A stretch of DNA of 64,000 nt, from the NCBI GenBank assembly GCA_050260635.1, contig JBLNCL010000016.1, forward strand, positions 116,809 through 180,808, in the 5' to 3' direction. Source of the DNA: Betaproteobacteria bacterium (lineage in GTDB: Bacteria > Bacillota > UBA5301 > DYFA01). The position numbers and the translations under genes were made by a program. Shown piece by piece: positions 20,017 through 34,663 of the stretch; position 1 is the stretch's first letter; each line of letters opens with the position of its first letter. The notes under the pieces were generated by a model. That model saw nothing but the letters and a program-made list of their open reading frames with translations, searched no databases and was not told the origin of the DNA.

Positions 20017-21562
20017 TACTGCAGGAGACGGATGCCCGGCCGCGGCCGTTCAGGAGGACCTGAACGAACTCGAACGGGTGCGCCGACAGAAGCTCAATGA
20101 CTTGCGGGCGGCGGGGCTCGATCCCTACCGCCCGACTTCCTATGACCGGACCTATCTGGCGGCCGACGCTCGCCGGGCGTTCGAGGCGCGCGAAAGGGAG
20201 CAGGCGGCCGGAGCTGGTGCGGAGGCGGCCGAACCACCCACCCTGTCCGGTGTCCGCCTGGCGGGGCGGTTGATGGCGCTGCGCCTGCACGGCAAGGCCG
20301 CCTTTGCCAACCTTCAGGACGGGTCAGGCCAAATCCAGTTGTACGCCAAGGTGGACGTCTTGGGAAAGGAAGCGTACGAGCTTTTCGCCTCCCTGGATTT
20401 GGGCGACTTCATCGGTGTCTCCGGCCACGTCTTCCGCACCCGCCGCGGCGAGGTCACGCTTGCCGTGGACGGATTCACCATCCTCTGCAAGTCGCTCCGC
20501 CCCTTGCCCGAGAAGTGGCACGGACTGACCGACGTCGAACTCCGCTACCGGCAGCGGTACGTCGACCTGATCGTTAACCCCCGGGTGAGGCAGGTCTTCG
20601 AGACCCGCAGCCGGATCGTGCAGGCGATCCGTTCCTTCCTCGCTGAGCGGGGCTTCCTCGAAGTGGAGACCCCGACCCTGCAGCCCATCCCCGGCGGGGC
20701 GAATGCCCGACCCTTCATCACCTACCACAACGCCCTCGATATGAACCTCTACCTGCGCATTGCCGAGGAACTCCATCTGAAGCGGCTGGTCGTCGGCGGT
20801 TTCGAAAAAGTCTTCGAGTTGGGGAAGGTGTTCCGCAACGAGGGCATCTCGATCAAGCACAACCCCGAGTACACCTTGCTCGAGATCTACCAAGCGTACG
20901 TCGACTACCAGGAGATGATGCGGCTGACCGAGGAACTCTTCGCCCATGTGGCGCAGGAGGTGCTCGGGACGACCAAGGTGGCCTTCCAGGGTCAGACGCT
21001 TGACCTGAGCCCGCCCTGGCCCAGGCTGTCCATGATCGACGCCATCCGCGACAAGACGGGGGTCGATTTCCGGGAGATCCGGGACGACGCGGCGGCGATC
21101 GCCGTGGTGAAAAGGCTCGGCCTTGAACCGGAGAAGCTCCCCAACCGGGGGAAGATGATCCAGGAGGTTTTCGAGGCGTTTGTCGAGCCGACATTGGTCC
21201 AGCCTTGCTTCATCACCGACCACCCGGTCGAGGTCTCGCCGCTGGCCAAGCGGAAGCCGGACGACCCGACGCTGACCGACCGTTTTGAGGCGTACATCAA
21301 CTGCTGGGAAATGGCCAACGGCTTTTCCGAGCTGAACGACCCCATTGACCAACGGGAACGGTTCGTAGCCCAGGTTCGGGCTCGGGAGAAGGGGGACGAG
21401 GAGGCCCAGTACCTCGACGAGGACTTCCTCAACGCCCTGGAGATCGGGATGCCGCCAACTGGGGGGCTCGGGGTGGGGGTCGACCGGCTGGTCATGATCC
21501 TCACCGATTCGCCCTCCATCCGGGACGTGCTGCTCTTTCCCCACCTGCGCCAGCGGGAGTAG
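19955..21562 (+). CDS. lysS: Lysine--tRNA ligase (class II); 5' end uncertain
   Basis: OB-fold and class II motifs ([15 protein letters not shown]). The first in-frame ATG at 19955 overlaps greA by 62 nt. Conserved sequence begins near 20055 ([12 protein letters not shown]). Confidence 0.9.
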   Translation: MTWPSRTESSSIRSWRSATINTAGDGCPAAAVQEDLNELERVRRQKLNDLRAAGLDPYRPTSYDRTYLAADARRAFEAREREQAAGAGAEAAEPPTLSGVRLAGRLMALRLHGKAAFANLQDGSGQIQLYAKVDVLGKEAYELFASLDLGDFIGVSGHVFRTRRGEVTLAVDGFTILCKSLRPLPEKWHGLTDVELRYRQRYVDLIVNPRVRQVFETRSRIVQAIRSFLAERGFLEVETPTLQPIPGGANARPFITYHNALDMNLYLRIAEELHLKRLVVGGFEKVFELGKVFRNEGISIKHNPEYTLLEIYQAYVDYQEMMRLTEELFAHVAQEVLGTTKVAFQGQTLDLSPPWPRLSMIDAIRDKTGVDFREIRDDAAAIAVVKRLGLEPEKLPNRGKMIQEVFEAFVEPTLVQPCFITDHPVEVSPLAKRKPDDPTLTDRFEAYINCWEMANGFSELNDPIDQRERFVAQVRAREKGDEEAQYLDEDFLNALEIGMPPTGGLGVGVDRLVMILTDSPSIRDVLLFPHLRQRE

Positions 21563-21565
21563 CCC

Positions 21566-22303
21566 ATGTTTGGCCTGCGGACCAGTCCCGTCCTCTTCGG
21601 CCTGCGGGCCTCTGCCCCGATTCTCCTCGGCTATGCGCCGGTGGGCGTGGCGTATGGCGTCCTCGCCCACCAGGCGGGGCTGACCTTGGTTGAAACGGTA
21701 GCCCTCTCCTTTTTCGTTTATGCCGGGTCGGCCCAGTTCATCGCGGTGGCCATGTGGCAGGCAGGCGCCGGACGCCTGGCCATCATCCTCACCACCTTGC
21801 TGGTCAACCTGCGCCACTTCCTCATGAGCGCCGCCCTCTCACCCTATCTCGAACGCTACTCCAAGCGGTGGCTGGCCTACTTCGGCGGACAGCTCACCGA
21901 CGAAAGCTTCGCTCTTCACTCCACCCGGCTCCGTCAAGGCGACCCGTCCTACTCCGGAGCAGCGCTCCTGGCCGTGAATCAAGCAGCCCATCTGGCCTGG
22001 ACGGTCAGTTCAGCGGCCGGTTACCTGGTCGGGACCGCCCTGGGCGATCCACAGCGGCTGGGGTTGGACTTCGCCTTGCCGGCGATGTTCATCGCCCTCC
22101 TTTTCATGCAGATCCGTGGGCGGCTTGACGTGGTGGTGGCCCTGTTCGCCGGGGGACTCTCGCTGGGCCTGCCCTTCCTGATTCCTGGCCGGTGGAACGT
22201 CCTTCTGGCGGCGGCCATCGCCGCCGCCGTGGGCGCCCTCCTCGCTCGACCCCAGGGAGCGGCGCTGGGCGAGACCGCCGGAGGTGTCGCCCGTGCGGAG
22301 TGA
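21566..22303 (+). CDS. azlC: AzlC-family branched-chain amino acid exporter subunit
   Basis: 245-aa polytopic membrane protein with the AzlC pattern (GSAQFIAV...). Confidence 0.85.
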   Translation: MFGLRTSPVLFGLRASAPILLGYAPVGVAYGVLAHQAGLTLVETVALSFFVYAGSAQFIAVAMWQAGAGRLAIILTTLLVNLRHFLMSAALSPYLERYSKRWLAYFGGQLTDESFALHSTRLRQGDPSYSGAALLAVNQAAHLAWTVSSAAGYLVGTALGDPQRLGLDFALPAMFIALLFMQIRGRLDVVVALFAGGLSLGLPFLIPGRWNVLLAAAIAAAVGALLARPQGAALGETAGGVARAE

Positions 22304-22616
22304 GTGGCTGATCCTGATTGCTGGCATGGCGTTGGTCACCTATGGGCCGCGGGTTGCTCCGCTGCTCTTCCTGCATCAGCGGAAGCTTCCGGAGCCGGTC
22401 CTGCGCTGGCTTTCCTTCATCCCGGTGGCCATCCTGGCCGCCTTGCTCGCCCCGAGCCTGGTCGTGATGAACGGGCGCCTCGCCCTGAGCCGGGAGAACC
22501 TTTATCTCCTGGCCGCCCTTCCGACCTTTTTGGTGGCCTTCTTTCACCGGCGTAGCCTGTTTCTTACGGCGCTCGTGGGGATGGCCAGCCTGGTCGTTCT
22601 CCGCCGGCTTGGGTAA
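22284..22616 (+). CDS. azlD: AzlD-family small membrane subunit
   Basis: 110-aa hydrophobic protein overlapping the azlC stop. Confidence 0.75.
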   Translation: MSPVRSEWLILIAGMALVTYGPRVAPLLFLHQRKLPEPVLRWLSFIPVAILAALLAPSLVVMNGRLALSRENLYLLAALPTFLVAFFHRRSLFLTALVGMASLVVLRRLG

Positions 22617-22666
22617 ATAATCCGTTCCCTCCCTGGACAGGATAACCATGGAAGGGGGGCGAGCGG

Positions 22667-23908
22667 ATGCTGACGCGCCGGGACTTTCTCAAGCTGGTCG
22701 CCTCGACGGCGGGAAGTCTTTGCCTCGCCGACACCCTTTTCGACGCTTTGGGGGAGTTCCTGACGGCCCTGGCCGCTACCCGTCCGCCGGTGATCTACTT
22801 GGAGACGGTCACCTGTGCCGGAGACATCTTCTCCCTGCTCAATGCGACCAAACCGGACTTCCTCAAGCTGATCCTTGAGGTCATCGACTTGCGGGCGGAG
22901 TACACCGTGATGGCCGCCAGCGGGCAGATGGCGCTGGAAACCATTCTGAAGACGGCCGAGGAGCGGGCGGGCGAGTTCATTCTGGTGGTGGAGGGGGCGC
23001 CGCTCACCCGGGCGCACAATCGCTACGGCATGGTTGGAGAGGCCCGGGGCAAACGCTGGACGGCTGTGGAGGCGGTCCGGGAGGTGGCGGCCAAGGCGAA
23101 GCACGTGGTGACGAGCGGGACCTGCGCCGCGTACGGCGGCCCTTACGCCGCCCGGCCCAACCCGAGCGGGGCGGTGCCCGTTTCGGCGCTCATTGACCGC
23201 CCGGTGATCAACGTTCCCGGATGCCCTGTCCATCCGGACTGGCTCATCGGAACCCTGGTCCACTTGATCTTCTATGGCCCCCCACCGGTAGACCGGTTCG
23301 GCCGGCCGCTCATGTTCTTCCGCCAAACGGTTCACGACCAGTGCGTCCGCCGGGCGAGCTTCGAGAACGGCCATTTCGCTGAGCGCCTCGGCGATGACGG
23401 CTGCCTCTACCGGCTCGGCTGCAAGGGACCGGTCTCTTTCTGCGACGTCCCGAAACGCCGCTGGGGCGACCACCTGAACTGGTACATCGAGAGCGGTTCA
23501 CCCTGCATCGGTTGCACCGAGCCCGGCTTCCCCGACCGGATGGAGCCGTTCTTCGCCCACCTGCCGGACGTAGGGACACCGGGGGTGCACGCCACGGCGC
23601 AGACGGCGGGGTGGCTGGCCGCGGGGGCCACCGGGGCGGTGATCGCTGGCCACCTGGGGGTGAGTCTAGCGAAAGGGAGGCTTCAGAAGACGGTGGGCAC
23701 CTTTGTCCACCGGGAGCAGGCCAAGAAACAGCCTGCCCAGACGCCTGCCCAGCCGGCCGATCCTGGGCCGGAAACCGCTTTGCTGGCACCAGACAGTCTC
23801 CCGAGGCCAGCCGCAGCAAGCCTGGGCTCGCGCACCCCCGAGGAGCGCCGCCAGGCCATCGAAGAAGCCTTGAAGCGGGCCTACCAGCGAGGACGGAGAC
23901 CGCGATGA
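22667..23908 (+). CDS. [NiFe]-hydrogenase small subunit, Tat-exported, with a C-terminal anchor and long hydrophilic tail
   Basis: Twin-arginine signal MLTRRDFLK. FeS-cluster motifs GTCAAYGG, VPGCPVHP, GCKGP and SPCIGCTEPGF. Confidence 0.9.
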   Translation: MLTRRDFLKLVASTAGSLCLADTLFDALGEFLTALAATRPPVIYLETVTCAGDIFSLLNATKPDFLKLILEVIDLRAEYTVMAASGQMALETILKTAEERAGEFILVVEGAPLTRAHNRYGMVGEARGKRWTAVEAVREVAAKAKHVVTSGTCAAYGGPYAARPNPSGAVPVSALIDRPVINVPGCPVHPDWLIGTLVHLIFYGPPPVDRFGRPLMFFRQTVHDQCVRRASFENGHFAERLGDDGCLYRLGCKGPVSFCDVPKRRWGDHLNWYIESGSPCIGCTEPGFPDRMEPFFAHLPDVGTPGVHATAQTAGWLAAGATGAVIAGHLGVSLAKGRLQKTVGTFVHREQAKKQPAQTPAQPADPGPETALLAPDSLPRPAAASLGSRTPEERRQAIEEALKRAYQRGRRPR

Positions 23909-25329
23909 CCCGCAAGATCGTGATCGATCCGCTCAATCAGCAAAACGGCATTGCCCGAGTCGAGGTTGAATTGGAGGGCAACCGGGTGGTTGAGGCTCGC
24001 CTGGGCAACCCCAACTTCCGGGGCTTTGAACTAATCCTGGTGGGTCGGGACCCAGCCGACGCCCCTTTTGTGGCCCAGCGCATCTGTGGGATCTGTTCCT
24101 CCGCCCACGGGGTCGCCTCGGCCATGGCGCTGGAGGACGCCTACGGGGCGGAGGTGCCGCCCAACGGGATCCTTCTGCGCAATCTCATCTTCGGCGCCGA
24201 TCTCGTACAAAACCACATCCGGCACTTTTACCTCCTCAGCCTGCCACACTTCGGCGTCTCGCTCCCGGACCGGCCCCCTTGGACTCCCCGCCTTAACCTG
24301 AAGACCCCCTTTTCCCCGGCGGAAAACGCCCGCCTCCTCAAAAACTACGAAGCGGCTTTCCGCAGCGGCCAGAAAGCCCATGCCCTGCTCGTCGTCTTCG
24401 GGACCCGGGCTCCCCACCAGCAGGCCATGCTGGCCGGTGGGGTGGCCGCGCCGCCGGGAGCCGACCGCCTGATGCAGGCGCGGGCCCTCCTGTCCGGTCT
24501 CCGGCGCTTCGTGGAGGAGGCGTTGGTGCCGGACACCGAGTTGGTGGCGGAACGGCTGCCGGAATACTTCACCGTTGGACGCAGCCCCGTCAACTTGCTG
24601 TCTTACGGGATGTTCCCTCGTGCGGACAAGCCGGACAAGCCGGGCGAGCGCTACTATCCCGCCGGAGCCGTGGTGGAGGGCCGGCTGGAAAAGGTGGAGG
24701 CGGCCGCGATCACCGAGGATGTGACACACGCCTGGTTTCGGAAGGGGGCTCGGCCCGTCCGTCCTCCGGAGACAGGGCGGACCGACCCGGCCGACGACCT
24801 CTCCACCGGCTACACGTTTACCAAGGCGCCCCGTTACCGGGGACACCCGATGCAGGGAGGGCCTTTGGCCCGAGCGTGGATAAGGGGCGACTACCGGCGG
24901 GGTACAGCGGTCCTTGATCGCCTTCTCACCCGTTCCTACGAGGCCCGGCAGGTCGCTGCCTGGATGGAGGAGTGGCTCGCGGAGGTTCGGCCGGGGGAGC
25001 CCGGTTACCTTCCCCCGCGCCCGAAGCGCTCAGCCACCGGCGCCGGGCTCCACGACAGCATGCGCGGCCCGCTCGGACACTGGGTGCGTATTCGCGGCGG
25101 ACGCATCGCTCATTACCAAGTGATCACCCCGTCGGCCTGGAACCTCTCGCCCCACGATGGGCACAACCGCCGGGGTCCGGCCGAAGAGGCGCTCGTGGGT
25201 ACGGAGGTGGCCGATCCGGCCAACCCCGTGGAGCTCTTGCGCATCGTTCACTCCTTCGACCCGTGCTCGATGTGCGCTGTTCAACTGCTCGAACTGGATC
25301 CGGAGAAAACAGGGGGGAGTCGGACATGA
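23905..25329 (+). CDS. [NiFe]-hydrogenase large subunit (474 aa, divergent)
   Basis: L1 motif RICGICSSAH, RGPLGHW, and C-terminal DPCSMCAVQ. ATG 23905 overlaps the small-subunit stop (ATGA); the ORF-track start at 23512 lies inside the small-subunit gene. Confidence 0.9.
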   Translation: MTRKIVIDPLNQQNGIARVEVELEGNRVVEARLGNPNFRGFELILVGRDPADAPFVAQRICGICSSAHGVASAMALEDAYGAEVPPNGILLRNLIFGADLVQNHIRHFYLLSLPHFGVSLPDRPPWTPRLNLKTPFSPAENARLLKNYEAAFRSGQKAHALLVVFGTRAPHQQAMLAGGVAAPPGADRLMQARALLSGLRRFVEEALVPDTELVAERLPEYFTVGRSPVNLLSYGMFPRADKPDKPGERYYPAGAVVEGRLEKVEAAAITEDVTHAWFRKGARPVRPPETGRTDPADDLSTGYTFTKAPRYRGHPMQGGPLARAWIRGDYRRGTAVLDRLLTRSYEARQVAAWMEEWLAEVRPGEPGYLPPRPKRSATGAGLHDSMRGPLGHWVRIRGGRIAHYQVITPSAWNLSPHDGHNRRGPAEEALVGTEVADPANPVELLRIVHSFDPCSMCAVQLLELDPEKTGGSRT

Positions 25330-25982
25330 GGAAAACCAACTGCCCTCCCGGGAAGGTGCTCCGCCACCCCTCGCCGCTCCGGCTCCTTCACTGGTTCCAT
25401 GTCGCAGTGACGCTGATCCTGGCGCTCACCGGGTTTTACCTGAGCCGGCCCTGGCTGCCCCCGGGCGTTCTTCGGGTGGCCTACGTCCGCCTGACCCACC
25501 TGACCTCTGCCCCGCTCCTCGCTGCCACGGTTGTGCTGTACCCGTTCTACTCGATGCTGAGCGGCGCCTGGCATGACTTGGTCCCGAACCGGCAGGACTG
25601 GCGCACAGCCGGCCGGCTCCTCCGTTACGAACTCCTCCTGTCCGAGGAGGCGCCGTTGCGCGGCAAGTATCATCTCCTCCAGAAGCTCCTCTATCTGAGC
25701 TTCCAGCCCGTTCTCCTCCTCCAGGTGGCGACCGGCTGGGCGCTGGCGGCTCCGACCGCCCAGAGCGGCTCCCTGGTCGTCCGGCTGGCTGGAGATCTGC
25801 AGCGGGTTCGGCTCGTGCACTACTTCGGCGCCCTCTATCTGGTGCTTGCGGCCACCTTTCACTTCTACCTGGTTCTCTCCACGCCGGGCGCGCTGGTAGG
25901 CATGGTGACCGGTTGGGCGGAGGCGGTCCCTCCCACCGACACGGTCGCCGAGAAAGCCACCCGTCCACCGCATCTGCGGTAA
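25326..25982 (+). CDS. Ni/Fe-hydrogenase b-type cytochrome subunit
   Basis: 218-aa membrane protein, RHPSPLRLLHWFHVAVTLILALTGFYL as in HyaC/CytB. ATGA overlap with the large subunit. Confidence 0.8.
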   Translation: MRKTNCPPGKVLRHPSPLRLLHWFHVAVTLILALTGFYLSRPWLPPGVLRVAYVRLTHLTSAPLLAATVVLYPFYSMLSGAWHDLVPNRQDWRTAGRLLRYELLLSEEAPLRGKYHLLQKLLYLSFQPVLLLQVATGWALAAPTAQSGSLVVRLAGDLQRVRLVHYFGALYLVLAATFHFYLVLSTPGALVGMVTGWAEAVPPTDTVAEKATRPPHLR

Positions 25983-26030
25983 CTTGACGTTTCCGTTCGC
26001 CGGCTGGTTTCCACCGTGCGTCCCATTCGT

Positions 26031-26060
26031 TTGGAAAGCGGGCCGGTAGTGTGATATAAT
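26031..26060 (+). promoter_or_regulatory. Sigma-A-type promoter for ychF
   Basis: TTGGAA, 18-nt spacer, TGaTATAAT (extended -10). Confidence 0.4.
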
Positions 26061-26086
26061 GGGCCAGGTTCCAGGGAGGCGTCGCT

Positions 26087-27172
26087 GTGAAGATTGGCCT
26101 CATCGGGTTGCCGATGTCCGGCAAGACCACCGTGTTCAATTTGCTTACCCAGGCCCGGCACGAGACTTCGACCTATCTGTCGGGGCGCCGGGAGACCAAC
26201 GTCGGTGTCGCCCGGGTCCCGGACAAGCGAATCGACTACCTCTCCGCCCTCTACAAACCGCGGAAGACCACCTACGCCACGCTCGAACTCTTCGACGTGG
26301 TGGGGCTGGTGCGCGGGGCGGCGGCGGGGGAGGGGCTCGGCAACGAGTTCCTGAACACCATTCGGGACGCCGACGCTCTCATCCATGTGGTGCGGGCCTT
26401 CGCCAACCCTGCGGTGGTCCATGTCGAGGGAAGCGTCGACCCCTGGCGCGACCTTCAGACCGTCAACTACGAACTGCTCTTGGCTGATTTGGACGTGGTC
26501 GAGAAGCGGATTGCCAGGATCCAGACCGGGAAGCGCCGGCCGGAGCATGAGGTCGAACTCTCCGCACTCGAGAAGTGCCGGGCCGCCCTGACCGAGGAGC
26601 GTCCCATCCATGGCGTCGCCTTCACCCCCGCGGAAGAGGCGGCGCTGCGTGGCTTTACCTTCTTTACCGAGAAGCCTGTGATCCTGGTGGTCAACCTGGA
26701 TGAGCAGCAGTTCAGGTCGGGTGATTACCCCGGCCGGGCGGAACTGGAGGCCTGGGCGAAGGAGCATAACGTCCCTCTGGTGCCGGTCTGCGGGCAGTTG
26801 GAGGCGGAGATCGCCGAGCTGTCCGGCGAAGACCGGGAGATGTTCCTGGCGGACCTGGGGCTTTCCGAGAGCGGCGTGGAGCGAATCGCCCGGGCGGCCT
26901 TCCAGAGCCTGGGGCTCATCTCCTTCCTCACCGCGGGGGAGGACGAGGTCCGGGCCTGGCCGATCCGGAAAGGCACCTGCGCCAAAGAGGCAGCCGGCAA
27001 GGTACACTCCGATATCGAGCGAGGCTTCATCCGGGCTGAGGTGGTGGCGTTCGAGGACCTGAAACGGCTTGGGTCGATGGCCAAGGTCAAGGAGGCGGGG
27101 CTGCTCCGGCTCGAGGGCAAGGAGTACGTGGTCCAGGACGGCGACATCATCAACTACCGGTTCGCGGTGTAG
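26087..27172 (+). CDS. ychF: Ribosome-binding ATPase YchF
   Basis: 361 aa. P-loop GLPMSGKTT and C-terminal TGS-like [13 protein letters not shown]. Confidence 0.93.
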   Translation: MKIGLIGLPMSGKTTVFNLLTQARHETSTYLSGRRETNVGVARVPDKRIDYLSALYKPRKTTYATLELFDVVGLVRGAAAGEGLGNEFLNTIRDADALIHVVRAFANPAVVHVEGSVDPWRDLQTVNYELLLADLDVVEKRIARIQTGKRRPEHEVELSALEKCRAALTEERPIHGVAFTPAEEAALRGFTFFTEKPVILVVNLDEQQFRSGDYPGRAELEAWAKEHNVPLVPVCGQLEAEIAELSGEDREMFLADLGLSESGVERIARAAFQSLGLISFLTAGEDEVRAWPIRKGTCAKEAAGKVHSDIERGFIRAEVVAFEDLKRLGSMAKVKEAGLLRLEGKEYVVQDGDIINYRFAV

Positions 27173-27237
27173 CGAAGGAATCGCCGATTTCCAGGCGAAT
27201 TCTATAAAGATTAACCCGTTGACGGAGGGCGGAAGAG

Positions 27238-28122
27238 ATGGAACAGAAGGGGACTTGGCGGGTCAAGACCGGCCTGGCGGAGATGCTGAAGGGCGGCGTG
27301 ATCATGGACGTGACCACGCCGGAGCAGGCCAAGATCGCCGAGGACGCCGGGGCAGTGGCGGTGATGGCGCTGGAGCGAGTCCCGGCCGACATCCTGGCGG
27401 AGGGCGGCGTGGCCCGCATGTCTGACCCAAAGGTGATCGAAGAGATCATGAACGCCGTGACCATCCCGGTCATGGCCAAGGCCAGGATCGGACACTTCGT
27501 CGAGGCCCGCATCCTCGAGGCGCTGGGGGTCGACTACATCGACGAGTCCGAGGTTCTGACCCCGGCCGACGAGGCCTACCACATCAACAAGCACGAGTTC
27601 AAGGTCCCCTTCGTCTGCGGCTGCCGGAATCTGGGGGAGGCGCTCCGCCGGATCGGCGAGGGCGCCGCCATGATCCGGACCAAGGGCGAGGCTGGGACGG
27701 GCGACGTGGTCGAGGCGGTCCGCCACATGCGCCAGGTGATGGATGACCTCCGGCGGGTGGTGGCCGCTCCGGAAGAGGAGCTGATGACCATCGCCAAGGA
27801 GCTGGGCGCCCCGTACGAACTAGTCAAGGAGGTCCACGATACGGGCAGGCTGCCGGTGGTCAACTTCGCTGCCGGGGGCATTGCCACCCCGGCTGACGCC
27901 GCCCTGATGATGCATCTCGGGGCGGATGGCGTCTTCGTCGGGTCGGGGATTTTCAAGTCGAAGAATCCGGCGGCCCGGGCCAAGGCGATCGTCGAGGCTA
28001 CCGCCCATTACCGGGACTACGCCTTGCTGGCCGAGGTGTCCAAGGGGATCGGCGAGGCGATGCGGGGCATCCAGGTTGGCGGGATGAGGCCGGAGGAGAG
28101 GATCGCGGGGCGTGGCTGGTAA
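27238..28122 (+). CDS. pdxS: Pyridoxal 5'-phosphate synthase lyase subunit
   Basis: 294 aa with the highly conserved PdxS sequence ([19 protein letters not shown]-like). Confidence 0.97.
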   Translation: MEQKGTWRVKTGLAEMLKGGVIMDVTTPEQAKIAEDAGAVAVMALERVPADILAEGGVARMSDPKVIEEIMNAVTIPVMAKARIGHFVEARILEALGVDYIDESEVLTPADEAYHINKHEFKVPFVCGCRNLGEALRRIGEGAAMIRTKGEAGTGDVVEAVRHMRQVMDDLRRVVAAPEEELMTIAKELGAPYELVKEVHDTGRLPVVNFAAGGIATPADAALMMHLGADGVFVGSGIFKSKNPAARAKAIVEATAHYRDYALLAEVSKGIGEAMRGIQVGGMRPEERIAGRGW

Positions 28123-28123
28123 G

Positions 28124-28711
28124 ATGGGCGCCAGGAGGCGCATCGGGGTGCTGGACCTCCAGGGGGCGGTCCGGGAACACCTGCATATGCTGGAATCCCT
28201 CGGGTGTGAGGCCGTGCCGGTGAAGAAGGTCGAACACCTGGAGGGCCTCGAAGGACTGATTCTGCCGGGCGGGGAGAGCACCACGCTGGGGAAGCTCCTC
28301 GTCCGCTACGGGCTTGACGCGGCCATCAAGCAACGGGCAGAGGCGGGGATGCCGGTCTACGGAACCTGCGCCGGGCTGATTCTCCTGGCGCGGGACATCC
28401 CGGGCTCGGATCAGCCCCGGCTCGGACTCATGGACCTCCGGGTGAAGCGGAACGCCTTTGGACGGCAGGTGGACAGCTTCGAGACTGACCTGGCCATCCC
28501 GGCCATCGGGGAAGAGCCGTTCCGGGCCGTCTTCATCCGGGCGCCGTACATTGAGAGCGTCGGCCCCGGGGTCGAGGTCCTGGCCGAGTACGGGGGGCAC
28601 GCGGTTATGGCCCGGCAAGGCCGGTTCCTGGTTTCCGCCTTCCACCCTGAGCTGACGGAGGACCGGCGCATCCACGCCTACTTCGCTGACCTGGTGGCGG
28701 GCCGGTGCTAG
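28124..28711 (+). CDS. pdxT: Pyridoxal 5'-phosphate synthase glutaminase subunit
   Basis: [13 protein letters not shown]...GTCAGLILL...FHPE. ATG 28124 chosen over the GTG at 28112. Confidence 0.92.
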   Translation: MGARRRIGVLDLQGAVREHLHMLESLGCEAVPVKKVEHLEGLEGLILPGGESTTLGKLLVRYGLDAAIKQRAEAGMPVYGTCAGLILLARDIPGSDQPRLGLMDLRVKRNAFGRQVDSFETDLAIPAIGEEPFRAVFIRAPYIESVGPGVEVLAEYGGHAVMARQGRFLVSAFHPELTEDRRIHAYFADLVAGRC

Positions 28712-28752
28712 GGTGTAACGGGTGGCTGGGCAGTCGAGGAGGGAGAACGTCG

Positions 28753-33629
<4,877 letters not shown>

Positions 33630-33682
33630 GAGGGGCGATCGGGTCAGGCCGATAAGAGGCCGGCGAGACGCGAGTAAGACAG

Positions 33683-33719
33683 GCGGATGCAGGCCAGACC
33701 GGCTTGCATCCGCTTATTT
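33683..33719 (+). terminator. Rho-independent terminator after PFOR
   Basis: GCGGATGCA-13 nt loop-TGCATCCGC followed by TTATTT. Confidence 0.6.
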
Positions 33720-33798
33720 GGGGGCGAAGGTTTTTCCTTGGCTGAAGAGAACTAGGGCTCTCAGTTGCTGCAGATTCGCGCAGAAATGGGGAGTCACC

Positions 33799-34599
33799 AT
33801 GAAGAAAGCCTCGGCTACCTTGGCGCTCTCGCTGTCGTTGTTTCTCCCGGCGCAGGTCTTGGCCTGTTATGGTGCAGCCGCCTTGGGGATGGGCGGGGCA
33901 TACACCTCGGTGGCCAAAGGCGTCCTGGCGATCTACTGGAACCAGGCCGGCCTGGCGTTCACCGACGGCCAGGGTGAGGCTTCGCTGACGGTCAGCAGCC
34001 CTCCGGGGTACACCAACTATCAGTCATTTGCGGGCATCGCCGCGGCGACTCAGGAAGGGTTGGGAATCGGCTTTGGGCAAACTGAAGCGGAGCAGCTCTG
34101 GGGACATGAGACATGGAACACCTTTGCCGTTGGCGTCAGACTGGCGGACGAGTTTGCGGTGGGCGGAGCATTGCGCCAGGTGGAGGGTACGGCTCGGGGC
34201 ACGAGTCTTCCCTACACCTCAACCGGGATGGACTTTTCGGCTCAGTACCGAGGGCGCCTAGGTGAAGACAGATGTCTGAACCTGGGACTCCTCGTCCAAG
34301 ACGTGGGCGGCCCGAGCGACACCAACCTGTACGGCCAGAACATCCGGCCGTCCATCAGCCTGGAGACCGACAAGGTGACACTCGGGTTCGACCTCTACAA
34401 CGCGGCTGAATTGGAGGCCTACCAGCTCGGGCTGGAAGTGCGCCCCCAGGGCAAGCAGGGCCCCTTTGCCCTCCGGTCCGGCGTCTACCACGACGTGGTG
34501 ACTGTCGGGGGTGGCATCAAGGTGAAGGACCTCTTTGTCGATGTCGTGGCGATGCCGGAGTGGGAAGTCGTCCAGTTCACGGGCGGCGTGCGGTTCTGA
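33799..34599 (+). CDS. Predicted outer-membrane beta-barrel protein (PorV/TraF_2-like N-terminal motif)
   Basis: Signal peptide MKKASATLALSLSLFLPAQVLA. YGAAALGMGGAYTSVAKGVLAIYWNQAGLAF motif. Alternating strands. C-terminal ...FTGGVRF. Confidence 0.6.
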   Translation: MKKASATLALSLSLFLPAQVLACYGAAALGMGGAYTSVAKGVLAIYWNQAGLAFTDGQGEASLTVSSPPGYTNYQSFAGIAAATQEGLGIGFGQTEAEQLWGHETWNTFAVGVRLADEFAVGGALRQVEGTARGTSLPYTSTGMDFSAQYRGRLGEDRCLNLGLLVQDVGGPSDTNLYGQNIRPSISLETDKVTLGFDLYNAAELEAYQLGLEVRPQGKQGPFALRSGVYHDVVTVGGGIKVKDLFVDVVAMPEWEVVQFTGGVRF

Positions 34600-34663
34600 T
34601 CTGGATTCGAGGGCCGAGATGGCCTACAATTGGGGTCAGATGTTCAGGTTGGGGGTGGGCAAG

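Noticed and set aside
20324-21817. 497-aa minus-strand ORF antisense to lysS/azlC
   Set aside because: Shadow ORF opposite a well-supported aminoacyl-tRNA synthetase; low-complexity translation.
25255-25329. [NiFeSe]-type selenocysteine in the hydrogenase large subunit C-terminus
   Set aside because: The DPCSMC motif is encoded with ordinary Cys codons and there is no in-frame TGA.
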